DNA from: Bacteroidota bacterium
GTDB taxonomy: Bacteria; Bacteroidota; Bacteroidia; JABEUT01
Direction of reading: 5' to 3'
Length of the DNA: 64,000 bases
Assembly (NCBI GenBank): GCA_013289475.1
Contig: JABCZW010000002.1
Location: forward strand, 12,265-76,264
The notes below the pieces were generated by a model. The model made no database searches and had not been told where the DNA came from. It worked only from the letters and a program-made list of their open reading frames with translations. Positions 29,289 to 39,081 of this stretch are shown here, one piece after another (within the stretch, counting starts at the first letter, position 1; each line of letters starts with the position of its first letter). The position numbers and the translations under genes were made by a program.

Positions 29289-30344
29289 ATGCAGATCGTT
29301 AGTTCATATTTCGAAAAGTTACTTTGCAGGTTGACAATAGTATTGTTTTGGTTATCTATGGGTAATAAAACAAATGCACAGGATTTACATTTTTCGCAAT
29401 TTACTGAATCACCGCTTACCTTAAACCCAGCGTTATGTGGAACATTCAATGGTAATGTTTTAGCTGAAATTAATTATCGTAATCAATGGTCGAGTGTAAT
29501 GGGTAGTGGAAATGGGTTTAATACTATGGGTGCAACAGCAGAGTTTCATAATATATTTAAAAATTGGACAAAGGGTTATCTTTCTCCGGGTCTTTCTTTT
29601 TTTAGCGATAAATCTGGTGACGTAAAAATGGGAACAACTGAAGTTGCCCTTACATTATCAAGTGGAATATTTTTAAGTAGTAAGAGTAATGTTTCTGTCG
29701 GTTTGCAGGGTGCCTGGGCTCAGCAGAGTATAAATAATGGGGCAGGGCAGTGGGGCGAACAATTCTTAGATGGTAGCTATGACCCAAGTGCTTCTACAGG
29801 AGAACCTTCAATTGGAAATTCAATTTCTTATGCAGATTTTTCCGGTGGAGTGAACTATAAATATAGCTCCGGTGAAGTAGACTTAAAAAATAATAATGAA
29901 TTTAAAATGGATTTTGGCGCAGCCATATTTCACATCAATCAACCCAACATATCATATTACAGAACAAGTTCTCAGGGGTCATTGTTATATATGCGTTATA
30001 TTATTCATGGCAACTTTCAGTGTGGCGTGCAACGGTTACCTATAAGTCTTATACCCGGTTTTGTATACTATATGCAGGGCCCGTCTCAAGAATTAAACAC
30101 AGGTATAAAGATCAGGTATTATGTGCTACAGGCTGATGAAAGCAAATACACCGGCTTTAAAAAAGGCGGTAATGCTTTTGACCTTGGCGTGTATTATCGT
30201 TGGAATGATTCAATGATATTTTTATTAGGCATGAAAATGAGAGATTATACAATGGGAATAAGCTACGATATAAATGTATCTGAGCTAAACGTTGCTTCTT
30301 CCGGTAGGGGTGCAATTGAATTGTCGCTGAAATATATTCAGTAG
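29289..30344 (+). CDS. PorP/SprF-family type IX secretion system membrane protein
   Basis: AQDLHFSQFTESPLTLNPALCG is the family's N-terminal signature. The rest has beta-barrel-like composition. It sits immediately downstream of a type-B CTD cargo gene. The ATG at 29289 is preferred over the TTG at 29283. Confidence 0.85.
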   Translation: MQIVSSYFEKLLCRLTIVLFWLSMGNKTNAQDLHFSQFTESPLTLNPALCGTFNGNVLAEINYRNQWSSVMGSGNGFNTMGATAEFHNIFKNWTKGYLSPGLSFFSDKSGDVKMGTTEVALTLSSGIFLSSKSNVSVGLQGAWAQQSINNGAGQWGEQFLDGSYDPSASTGEPSIGNSISYADFSGGVNYKYSSGEVDLKNNNEFKMDFGAAIFHINQPNISYYRTSSQGSLLYMRYIIHGNFQCGVQRLPISLIPGFVYYMQGPSQELNTGIKIRYYVLQADESKYTGFKKGGNAFDLGVYYRWNDSMIFLLGMKMRDYTMGISYDINVSELNVASSGRGAIELSLKYIQ

Positions 30345-30504
30345 TCATAGGGTATTTATAAATAAATTACCATTCCCTTTACTTGAATTTAACATTGTCA
30401 TGGAATTTGGTTTCAAGTATTAGTAATTAATTAACGTGGCAGTAATATTTTGCTAAAAATGCAAGCGTACTCTTGCACCAAATTAATTTAATACTATTCC
30501 GATA

Positions 30505-33500
30505 ATGAAAACAAAACTTACTCAAGTAGCAATTGTTTTACTTGCCTTTCTCTTTACTTTACAGGAAAGTAAAGCCCAACAACAATTAATCCATTTTTGG
30601 GATTTTAATCAAACTTACCCATCGGGCGGTGCCGGTGATAGTTTGGGTACCCCATACGCATATGCAAATAGCGGTGCAACATCATGGGGCAATAGCCAGG
30701 TAACATCTGCTGCCGATGCTGCTAAAAAAACGAGTACACTTTTTGCAAATTACTCAAGGTTGCCATTTTCAGCTACCTACGCAAACGATGCAAGGATTTT
30801 GTTTTTACGCCCTACCGCAAAACAAACTGTGCCTTACGCTGCTACCGCAAGGGATAGTATGATAGATAATGGAGCAACTACCGGTTCCTTTATTTATGAC
30901 TACAGTGCCTATAATTATGTTTATAATAATACTTCAGACAGTGCAAGCTCTAATATGTTTGTGAGGACACGTAACCCGGTTGAAAATGCTTATATGTATA
31001 TATATGCGCCAACAACAGGTTTTAATAATGTGAATTTTAATTTTGCCCTTACAGCATCAAGTGCCAGCGGAGCGCAATACCTGCTTTTTAATTATAGTAC
31101 CGATGGGGGCACTACATGGAAAAACTTAACTACTGCCATGGATACATTTAATATAGGCGGTGTAAAAAGGCCTGATACACTTCTTGCTACAAATCCAACA
31201 ACTATTGTAAGCGCATGGTATCCTGTTCAAATGAATTTTACTTCCGATATCTCTGTAAATAACAATCCTAATTTCATCATCAGGGTGGGATTTGGTGGTA
31301 ACAATTCGGCAAAAGGCAGTGGCAATAACCGCTTCGATAATTTTGCAATTCTTGGCGATAGTAATACATCAAATATAGTTTCTTATTTTGTTAACCGTAC
31401 TAATATTCCAAAATGCTACGGAGATAGTACCGGTAGTGCAACTGTGATTACAAAAGGTGGCCTTACTCCTTATACATATTCATGGTCAAATAACGTAAAT
31501 GTAACAGCAACAGGTAAAACTTCAGCTACATGTACTGGTTTAAGTGCTGGTACGTATACAGTAACTGTAACTGACTTTAATGATATTGCCTCAACGGCTG
31601 TTGTTACAATATTACAACCTACCAAAGTTATTCCAACCCTTTCTACTCAAACCAATGTTTTGTGTTATGGTAATACTACCGGTAGTGCTAAGGCTGTTGG
31701 CGCTGGTGGTACCGGGCCATATACTTATTCTTGGTCGTCAGGCGGGGGAACCAGCCAAACAGTAAGTAACCTGGGCCAAGGTGCATATACATGTACTGTA
31801 ACAGATAAACTTGGATGCCCAGGAACTGTAATTGCTAATATAACCCAACCTGCTACGGCAATTACTGCCACTGTAACTACCTCTCCGGTTACATGTTCAA
31901 CTTTTGGCTCTGCAAATACAATTGTTAGCGGAGGTACCCCATATAAAATAGGAAATAGTTATGTATATCATTGGTCAAATGGTGCAGCTACTGCTTCTAT
32001 AGGTGGTCTTGGTACAGGTATAGTGAGCGATACGATTAAAGACTCAAATAAATGTCTTGTTATTGCTACCGGAACAGTTACCACTAGCGGTGCAATTATT
32101 AACCTAACACCTACAGATATTACATGCAATGGTTCAAGTAATGGCGCTATAACATCATCTGTTAGCGGTGGAACTACTCCGTATACATATAGCTGGTCTA
32201 ATTCTGCAACTACAACTTCAGTAAGCGGGTTGGCACCAGGAGGTTATACATTGACCATTACAGAAGGTAATAGCTGTGTATCAAGCGCAAGTACAGTTAT
32301 ATCACAACCTAATGTTTTAAATGATACTGTAGAAAGTGTTACACCTTTAGTTAAGCTTATACATTACTGGGATTTTAACAGCACTCAGCCTATAGGTGGT
32401 GCCGGTGGCGATAGCCTTGGCAATATTGCTAATCCTTTAATTCCTGAGTTTACCACCTTAAGTAGCGCAAACCCGCACATGATTTATTCGCATCCTATTT
32501 CAGGCGGAATTACTGATAATGTTGGCGGCCCTCCATATGCATTTATTAATGATTTACATGCAGCGGGTAACGATACTAATAGCCAATCAACAAATAACGT
32601 GGGTGTGCGTACACGTAACCCTGTGCAGAATTCTTCATTTGTTTGGTATATACCTACTACAGGTTACCAGAATATTATGTTAGACTGGGCACTTTCAGCT
32701 TCCAGTTCGAAAGGAGCACAGTATCTTGTGTTCCATTATAGTACCGACGGTGGCACTTCATGGAACAAACTTACTTCGGTTATGGATACTTTTAATACAG
32801 GAGGTAAAATTCATCCTGATTCTGTTAATGCAATTAACCCTACCACGTCAGCAAGCAATTGGTATCCGGTACATATAGATCTTTCTTCGGTTGCTGCGGC
32901 TAATAATAATCCTAACCTGGTGTTTATGATAAACTATGCAGGTAGCAATGTTACTAACACTAGTGGCAATAATAGGTTTGATAATATCTCTGTTAAAGGC
33001 TCTGAGATACCAAGAGTAACTTGTAACGGCAGTAATAACGGAAGTGGTATTGTAGTAGCGTCAGGCGGAACTACTCCATATGCATTTAGCTGGTCTACCG
33101 GAGAAACCACTGCAACAGTTACTGATCTGCCTCCGGGTACAAGTAGTGTTACGGTTACCGACAAAAATGGCTGCAGCATGATGGCGACGGTTAATGTTAT
33201 TAACCCACCGGTATTAACTAATAGCTTAGTTGTAAATAATGGTTGTAATAATTCAAATAACGGAACTATTACTTCAGTTCCGAGTGGTGGAACAGGGCCA
33301 TATTCTTGGAGTTGGTCTAATACAAGTGCAGGAAGTATGGTTTCCGGCCTTACTCCCGGAAGTTATTCTGTAACTGTAACTGATATTCATGGGTGTATTG
33401 CAACTTCGAGTGTTACCTTAACTAACCCAGCCCTTTTAACAGTAACTCCTGCACCAACAAATATAACTTGCAATGGATTAAATAATGGTCAGGCTGTTGC

Positions 33501-35097
33501 AAACGTTTCAGGAGGCACAACAGGATATACATATAAATGGTATACAACTCCAAGTCAAACTACCCAAACAGCTACTGGGCTCATACCTGGTTTAGATTCT
33601 GTAAAGGTTACCGATGCGGATGGTTGTATTGCAAAGGGCTTTTATACAATTACTCAGCCTGGCCAATTCAGGGATTCTATCAGCTCATCTTCAAATGCGC
33701 TATGTAATGGAGCTAGCGGTAATGCCACTGTAGGAACAAAAGGCGGAACAACACCTTATGCATATTCCTGGTCCGATGGTAATACCAATGCAACTGATAA
33801 TAGTTTAACAGCAGGCACTTATACTGTAACTGTTAATGATGTAAATTTATGCGGACTGCTTACAAGTACTGTGACAATCACCGAGCCTACTGCTATTAGA
33901 GATTCTATAAGCACATCTATAAATGTAATATGTTATGGAGGAATGGGTAATGCAACTGCAGGAATAAAGGGTGGGGTATCACCATATTCATATTCATGGT
34001 CTGATGGTAATTCACAAACAACTGCAACCGCTACCAATCTTACCGCAGGCACATACACTGTAACTATGAGTGATGCAAATTTGTGTGGACCGGTTACATC
34101 GACAGTAACTATTACACAACCTGCCCAATTGAGAGACTCCATTAGTTCATTTGGAAATGTGCTTTGTAACGGGGGGACCGGAAATGCAACTGCGGCTATA
34201 AAGGGTGGCGTATCTCCATACACCTATGCATGGTCTAACGGGGCGTCAACAGCTTCGGTAAGCAGCGTTGCAGCAGGCACTTATACAGTAAGTATAAACG
34301 ATGCAAACTTATGCGGTCCACTTACTTCTACTGTAACTATTACACAACCTGCGCAATTGAGGGATTCTGTTACAGCTGTAGATATTACTGAAGGATGCGT
34401 TGGACAGAATGATGGAAGTGCTTCTGTAAGTATTAAAGGTGGTACAACCGCGTATTCTTATTCATGGAATACAACTCCGGTTCAAACAGCTTCAATAGCT
34501 TCAAACCTTGGTGCAGGTAACTATACAGTGGTAGTAACTGATGCAAATAATTGCGTTGCCAGCGCTAATTTTACAATAAGACCTGATAGTGTTCCTGTAA
34601 TTAATTTTAATTTGGCAGCTGATTCTGTTCAGTGCGATACAGTTAAAGCTGTTTCATTAATTTCCACGGCTACTCCTGCTGGCGGTTCATTTAGCGGCCC
34701 GGGTGTTTCGGCAAATAATTTCCATCCTAAATCGTTGGGGGTTGGTAAATACCTTATTACATACACCTATAGTAATAAGTATGGTTGTCAAAGTTCTGCA
34801 ACACAGGCTATGATAGTAAAATCATGTGTTTTTACGGGCATAGCACAATCAGCAGTAGCAGACAATATTGTTGTATTTCCTAATCCAACCACAGGACAGG
34901 TTAGTATAAATGGGCTTACCATTGGTACAACATTAGAGTTGTATAATGATATTGGTATGCTTGTAAAAACAACAACAGTTAATAGTGAAACTATGCTGCT
35001 CAATATTGCTGACCTGTCTAATGGAGTATATATGATGAGAGTTATTTATAAAGATGGAGCTTCTGTGATTCAGAAAAAGATAATAAAACTCCAATAA
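30505..35097 (+). CDS. Giant SprB-repeat adhesin-like protein with two copies of the unnamed module and a T9SS type-A CTD
   Basis: 1530-aa ORF. Signal peptide ...QESKAQQQ. Module copy 1 at aa ~24-288 and copy 2 encoded at nt 32350-33006. About 15 SprB repeats (C.G..(T/N)G.A......GG..PY.YSWS......GL..G.Y.VTV.D.N.C). C-terminus VFPNPTTGQVSINGL...GVYMMRVIYKDGASVIQKKIIKLQ. Confidence 0.85.
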   Translation: MKTKLTQVAIVLLAFLFTLQESKAQQQLIHFWDFNQTYPSGGAGDSLGTPYAYANSGATSWGNSQVTSAADAAKKTSTLFANYSRLPFSATYANDARILFLRPTAKQTVPYAATARDSMIDNGATTGSFIYDYSAYNYVYNNTSDSASSNMFVRTRNPVENAYMYIYAPTTGFNNVNFNFALTASSASGAQYLLFNYSTDGGTTWKNLTTAMDTFNIGGVKRPDTLLATNPTTIVSAWYPVQMNFTSDISVNNNPNFIIRVGFGGNNSAKGSGNNRFDNFAILGDSNTSNIVSYFVNRTNIPKCYGDSTGSATVITKGGLTPYTYSWSNNVNVTATGKTSATCTGLSAGTYTVTVTDFNDIASTAVVTILQPTKVIPTLSTQTNVLCYGNTTGSAKAVGAGGTGPYTYSWSSGGGTSQTVSNLGQGAYTCTVTDKLGCPGTVIANITQPATAITATVTTSPVTCSTFGSANTIVSGGTPYKIGNSYVYHWSNGAATASIGGLGTGIVSDTIKDSNKCLVIATGTVTTSGAIINLTPTDITCNGSSNGAITSSVSGGTTPYTYSWSNSATTTSVSGLAPGGYTLTITEGNSCVSSASTVISQPNVLNDTVESVTPLVKLIHYWDFNSTQPIGGAGGDSLGNIANPLIPEFTTLSSANPHMIYSHPISGGITDNVGGPPYAFINDLHAAGNDTNSQSTNNVGVRTRNPVQNSSFVWYIPTTGYQNIMLDWALSASSSKGAQYLVFHYSTDGGTSWNKLTSVMDTFNTGGKIHPDSVNAINPTTSASNWYPVHIDLSSVAAANNNPNLVFMINYAGSNVTNTSGNNRFDNISVKGSEIPRVTCNGSNNGSGIVVASGGTTPYAFSWSTGETTATVTDLPPGTSSVTVTDKNGCSMMATVNVINPPVLTNSLVVNNGCNNSNNGTITSVPSGGTGPYSWSWSNTSAGSMVSGLTPGSYSVTVTDIHGCIATSSVTLTNPALLTVTPAPTNITCNGLNNGQAVANVSGGTTGYTYKWYTTPSQTTQTATGLIPGLDSVKVTDADGCIAKGFYTITQPGQFRDSISSSSNALCNGASGNATVGTKGGTTPYAYSWSDGNTNATDNSLTAGTYTVTVNDVNLCGLLTSTVTITEPTAIRDSISTSINVICYGGMGNATAGIKGGVSPYSYSWSDGNSQTTATATNLTAGTYTVTMSDANLCGPVTSTVTITQPAQLRDSISSFGNVLCNGGTGNATAAIKGGVSPYTYAWSNGASTASVSSVAAGTYTVSINDANLCGPLTSTVTITQPAQLRDSVTAVDITEGCVGQNDGSASVSIKGGTTAYSYSWNTTPVQTASIASNLGAGNYTVVVTDANNCVASANFTIRPDSVPVINFNLAADSVQCDTVKAVSLISTATPAGGSFSGPGVSANNFHPKSLGVGKYLITYTYSNKYGCQSSATQAMIVKSCVFTGIAQSAVADNIVVFPNPTTGQVSINGLTIGTTLELYNDIGMLVKTTTVNSETMLLNIADLSNGVYMMRVIYKDGASVIQKKIIKLQ

Positions 35098-35107
35098 GTA
35101 CAAAGTA

Positions 35108-35151
35108 TTAACCGCCCGGTTACCAGCTATAATTTGTAACCGGGTGGTTAA
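35108..35151 (+). terminator. Rho-independent terminator after the SprB-repeat gene
   Basis: ttaaccgcccggttac-N12-gtaaccgggtggttaa. A 16-bp stem with one G:T, followed by ttaatttta. Confidence 0.6.
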
Positions 35152-35250
35152 TTAATTTTAGATTTATTAACATACCACTAATAATGTAATAATATCAATA
35201 CCCTATTCTTGCAGCTTTAATTAACATTCACCTAACAAAAAATCAATTAT

Positions 35251-36264
35251 ATGAAAACAAAAATTACCATCCCTTTAGTATGCGCATTTATTTTATTATT
35301 TTCTTTAAGAGAAGTTAAAGCTCAAACATTAATTCAATATTGGGATTTTAATAATACCCCCCCTGCCGGTGGCGGTGCACACGATAGTCTTGGTAACGTT
35401 ACCAATGCCTTAGTTGCCAACCAGGTATTTGCAGGGCTAACTCCAGGGCATATCATTTATTCACGCCCAAGCGCTCATTTTGGTTCAACCGGTTTGAGAG
35501 ACAGTATATTAGATAATGGTTCAGGTGGTGCTGCATTTTATGATTACAGCAACAGCAACGATACCGGGAGCAGTGCAGCCGGAAACCTGTTTATAAGAGC
35601 GCGTAATCCGTCTGACAGTTGTACGTTTACTATATATGCTCCAACTACAGGGTTTAAGAATATTTCAATGCAATATGCCATTTCTACTTCAAGCTCAGCA
35701 GCAGCTCAATATAATATACTTTCATACAGTACCGATGGAGGTAGTACCTGGAAGAAATTAACTACTGCAATGGATACATTTAATATTGGTGGTGTACGTT
35801 ACCCAGATACATTACAAGTAGAAAATCCAGTTACTGCTGCCAGTGGATGGTATCCTGTTCAAATAAACTTTACAAGCGATCCTGCAGTAAATAATAACCC
35901 AAATTTTGTTTTAAGCTGGATCATTGCGGGTTCTAATTCATCAATAGGCAGCCATAATGACAGGTATGATAATATCGCTGTATGGGGCACTTCTGTAAAT
36001 GGTATTAATGAGTTACCAGCTGAGGCTGCAGGCTATAATGCTTATCCTAACCCGGCAGGAGATATAGTAACCATTGATGGAACATACATAGGTAAAAAAC
36101 TGGTTACAATCTATAACATTCTTGGACAGTCAGTTGTTTCTGTTGCAGATGATAAAAAACAAGTGCCTGTGAATATTTCAAGTTTAACTTCAGGAGTGTA
36201 TTTTGTAAACATTAAAGAAGTAACAACCGGGATAAATTATACACTTAAGCTGGTAAAGAATTGA
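35251..36264 (+). CDS. Minimal member of the module family: signal peptide, unnamed module and T9SS type-A CTD
   Basis: 337-aa ORF. MKTKITIPLVCAFILLFSLREVKAQT. LIQYWDFNNTPP...DRYDNIAVWG. C-terminus AYPNPAGDIVTIDG...GVYFVNIKEVTTGINYTLKLVKN. Confidence 0.75.
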   Translation: MKTKITIPLVCAFILLFSLREVKAQTLIQYWDFNNTPPAGGGAHDSLGNVTNALVANQVFAGLTPGHIIYSRPSAHFGSTGLRDSILDNGSGGAAFYDYSNSNDTGSSAAGNLFIRARNPSDSCTFTIYAPTTGFKNISMQYAISTSSSAAAQYNILSYSTDGGSTWKKLTTAMDTFNIGGVRYPDTLQVENPVTAASGWYPVQINFTSDPAVNNNPNFVLSWIIAGSNSSIGSHNDRYDNIAVWGTSVNGINELPAEAAGYNAYPNPAGDIVTIDGTYIGKKLVTIYNILGQSVVSVADDKKQVPVNISSLTSGVYFVNIKEVTTGINYTLKLVKN

Positions 36265-36412
36265 TTTTTATACTTCCCGTTTATGAATAAAGCGTATAGT
36301 GTATTGGTTATTCAAATGCTTTAGCCTACATTGCATGTCAGTATAAATCTAAGCAAGTACCATAAGGCGCTTAAATGAATCAGATGATAATTAACCATAA
36401 AAATAACCGCAT

Positions 36413-37636
36413 ATGAATTTTATAGATATTCATTGTCATCCTTCAATGAAAATTAACTTATTCAATCGCCACATTTATGATGTGGCTCATCCTGGAGGTA
36501 CCGGGCTTGAATTCAGCACTAATATGTTTGTCAATCTTCCTAATATGAAAACAGGAGGAGTTAATGCCGCTATTTCAGTGCATCATATACCTGAAATTGA
36601 ACTACAGGATGATGTGAAAAGAAGAGCCATCGGGAATTTGTTGGTTGATACACTTGATGGAGCTTGTGGCCCTTATATGAGCAGAAGATTTCAGGATATT
36701 TCTACTCCTACTGCTGCATTTGGACAAATGAAGGCAATAATTAACAAATTCGAAGATGATGTTGAAGCTGCAACGAGGATGCCGCATAATTTCAAAGCGG
36801 CCGTAGCAAAGAGCCTTACTGAATTTAATCACTTAATCAGCAATGGGTATACAGTATTTCTTCATAGCATAGAAGGAGCTCATTGTCTTGGCATTAATAG
36901 TTTAGATTACAATACTGTTGAACCAGAAATAATAGCATTATTTAATGCAGGCGTTTGCCAGTTTACATTAGGTCATTTTTTTGAAAATGTTCTTGTTTCT
37001 TCTTCGGGTGGTATTCCGCCAAAAATAGCTGATTTAATAGACTATAACACTGGAAATAATTACCCGGCTGGATATAATCCAGCAACAGCACAACAAGCAA
37101 TAGCTAAAATGTTAGACCTCGGTATAATTATTGATCTTGTCCATACTCATAGTTCTGCCAAACAAATGATTTATACTCTAAACAAAAATAGGGGTGTTGA
37201 TAAAAGACCGCTTGTATTTTCTCATACAGGAATACAGGAAATTGCGTTAAAGTATAACCCCAAAATGCCTCAACAATATTATGAGTATTTACCCAATGCC
37301 ACAGATATTGCCGAAATACGCGATTGTGGAGGTGTGCTTGGAATTATTTTTATGGATTATTGGCTTGAAGGTAATGAAAGCACCCAAGCGGCAATAGATA
37401 TAGTAATTGAAACAATTCAGTTTATTGCTGCTAAGTGCGGCAGCAAGTACGATAATATTGCAATAGGATCAGATTTGGATGGATTTACAGAGGTTCCTAG
37501 AGATCTTTCTGGTTCTGATAAAATGCCTGCTTTGATTGATGCAATGTCGAGAAGTGGTATACAGATGAGTGACATTGAAAATATCTGTTTCAATAATTAT
37601 ATGCGAGTGCTGAAAAACGGCTGGGGTAAGCAATAA
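36413..37636 (+). CDS. Peptidase M19 (membrane/renal dipeptidase-like) family metallohydrolase, divergent, no signal peptide
   Basis: 407-aa ORF. The motif series IDIHCHP, SIEGAHCL, TLGHFFEN, IIDLVHT, VFSHTG, IGSDLDGF follows the M19 metal-ligand order (DGHND / EG / L.HF / D.SH / SHS / G.DFDG). Confidence 0.7.
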   Translation: MNFIDIHCHPSMKINLFNRHIYDVAHPGGTGLEFSTNMFVNLPNMKTGGVNAAISVHHIPEIELQDDVKRRAIGNLLVDTLDGACGPYMSRRFQDISTPTAAFGQMKAIINKFEDDVEAATRMPHNFKAAVAKSLTEFNHLISNGYTVFLHSIEGAHCLGINSLDYNTVEPEIIALFNAGVCQFTLGHFFENVLVSSSGGIPPKIADLIDYNTGNNYPAGYNPATAQQAIAKMLDLGIIIDLVHTHSSAKQMIYTLNKNRGVDKRPLVFSHTGIQEIALKYNPKMPQQYYEYLPNATDIAEIRDCGGVLGIIFMDYWLEGNESTQAAIDIVIETIQFIAAKCGSKYDNIAIGSDLDGFTEVPRDLSGSDKMPALIDAMSRSGIQMSDIENICFNNYMRVLKNGWGKQ

Positions 37637-37646
37637 ATAAAATTCT

Positions 37647-39026
37647 ATGGCAAAAAGAGATAGTAAAGATCTTATTGGGCTTAGTCGCTCTCCATTGATA
37701 AACAGATATTTGTCTGATCAGGAAGCCAAAACTGGTGCTATTCCCGCACCACCTAAAAATAAATTTTCAGGCTTACTTGATACAAACGTAATAAGCTGGA
37801 TTGTGCAGAATCTTCCAGCCCTATTCCGCGATCATGCACCATATCAAACATACAAACAAGGGGAAGGTGTTTTTTCTATGACAACTACTAAAGGGCGGAA
37901 TAAAGCAAATATTGCATTACTTGCCGATTGGGCTTCATGCACTAGTGAATCCGAAAGAGTAGCAGGACTTGTTGGAAAGAAGCACCCCGATTATTCTATT
38001 CACTTGGGTGACACTTATTTTATTGGTAATGAAACACAGGTAGAGGAAAATTTCGGGAAAGATGGGGCATGGCCCAAAGCACCTTACGGGAATTTTGCAC
38101 TGATTGGCAACCACGAAATGTATTCAGGTGGTGATGCATATTTTAAAACTCTGCTTCCATATATGGGCATATTGGAAGGGGGAAAAATTACAAGTCCACA
38201 AAAGGCCCCTTTCTTCTGTTTAGAAAATGATTATTGGCGTGTGATAGGTATAGATACAGGTTATGATTGCCTTTCAGGTCCATTTAGTAATAATACTTCA
38301 CTACAACTGCCACCCCAGCTTATGGAGTGGCTATGGCACACTGCTAAGTTAAATAATGATAAGAAAGGGCTTATCTTTCTGTCACATCATCAATATTGCT
38401 CAGCATTTAAACAATTACCCAATGCTAAATTTGATTGGTTCAATGAAGAAGAGTTTCAGGAACCAGCGAAACAATTAGCAGCACTGATTGGCCAGGACCG
38501 CCCTGTAATATGGTTATGGGGGCATGAGCACAGATTGGCAATATATGGTTGCTACCAGGTTGCCAACGGTATAAAAGCATTTGGTCGGTGTATAGGTAAT
38601 GGCGGTATGCCATGCGACTTGGTTTATAACCCATCCAAAGCATTTGGCCTTGATACCTCAACTGATAATAATGATATTATCCAATACTCACTAGATCAGG
38701 TCAAAGCGAGAAAAATACAGGCACAAACCAGTAAGTTGGTTTTGCAGGATAACCGATATGTGCAGGAAATATCGGGCGTAAGATTAGGTCATAATGGATA
38801 CACCATGCTCTCCTTTGATAATGAAGCATTAACTATAGATTATTATGACGATGCTTTGTCGTATCCAATTATTACTGAAAAATGGACTATCAATCTCGCA
38901 AATGGACAGTTGAGAGGAATAAATATTGTAGATGCGACCAAAGGCAACTATCCGAATAATGATTCTGATATAACCAAGTTGTTTCATTTTTCATCTGATA
39001 TAAATGATGCAATAACAATAAAATAA
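37647..39026 (+). CDS. Calcineurin-like metallophosphoesterase, cytoplasmic type (no signal peptide)
   Basis: 459-aa ORF, 10 nt after the dipeptidase gene. Motifs ALLADWAS, IHLGDTYF, LIGNHEMY, IFLSHHQ, WLWGHEHR. Confidence 0.8.
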   Translation: MAKRDSKDLIGLSRSPLINRYLSDQEAKTGAIPAPPKNKFSGLLDTNVISWIVQNLPALFRDHAPYQTYKQGEGVFSMTTTKGRNKANIALLADWASCTSESERVAGLVGKKHPDYSIHLGDTYFIGNETQVEENFGKDGAWPKAPYGNFALIGNHEMYSGGDAYFKTLLPYMGILEGGKITSPQKAPFFCLENDYWRVIGIDTGYDCLSGPFSNNTSLQLPPQLMEWLWHTAKLNNDKKGLIFLSHHQYCSAFKQLPNAKFDWFNEEEFQEPAKQLAALIGQDRPVIWLWGHEHRLAIYGCYQVANGIKAFGRCIGNGGMPCDLVYNPSKAFGLDTSTDNNDIIQYSLDQVKARKIQAQTSKLVLQDNRYVQEISGVRLGHNGYTMLSFDNEALTIDYYDDALSYPIITEKWTINLANGQLRGINIVDATKGNYPNNDSDITKLFHFSSDINDAITIK

Positions 39027-39081
39027 CTATGGAGCTAGCCGAAAATCCAATTAAGAGTAGGCATATTTAATTATAAATAAT

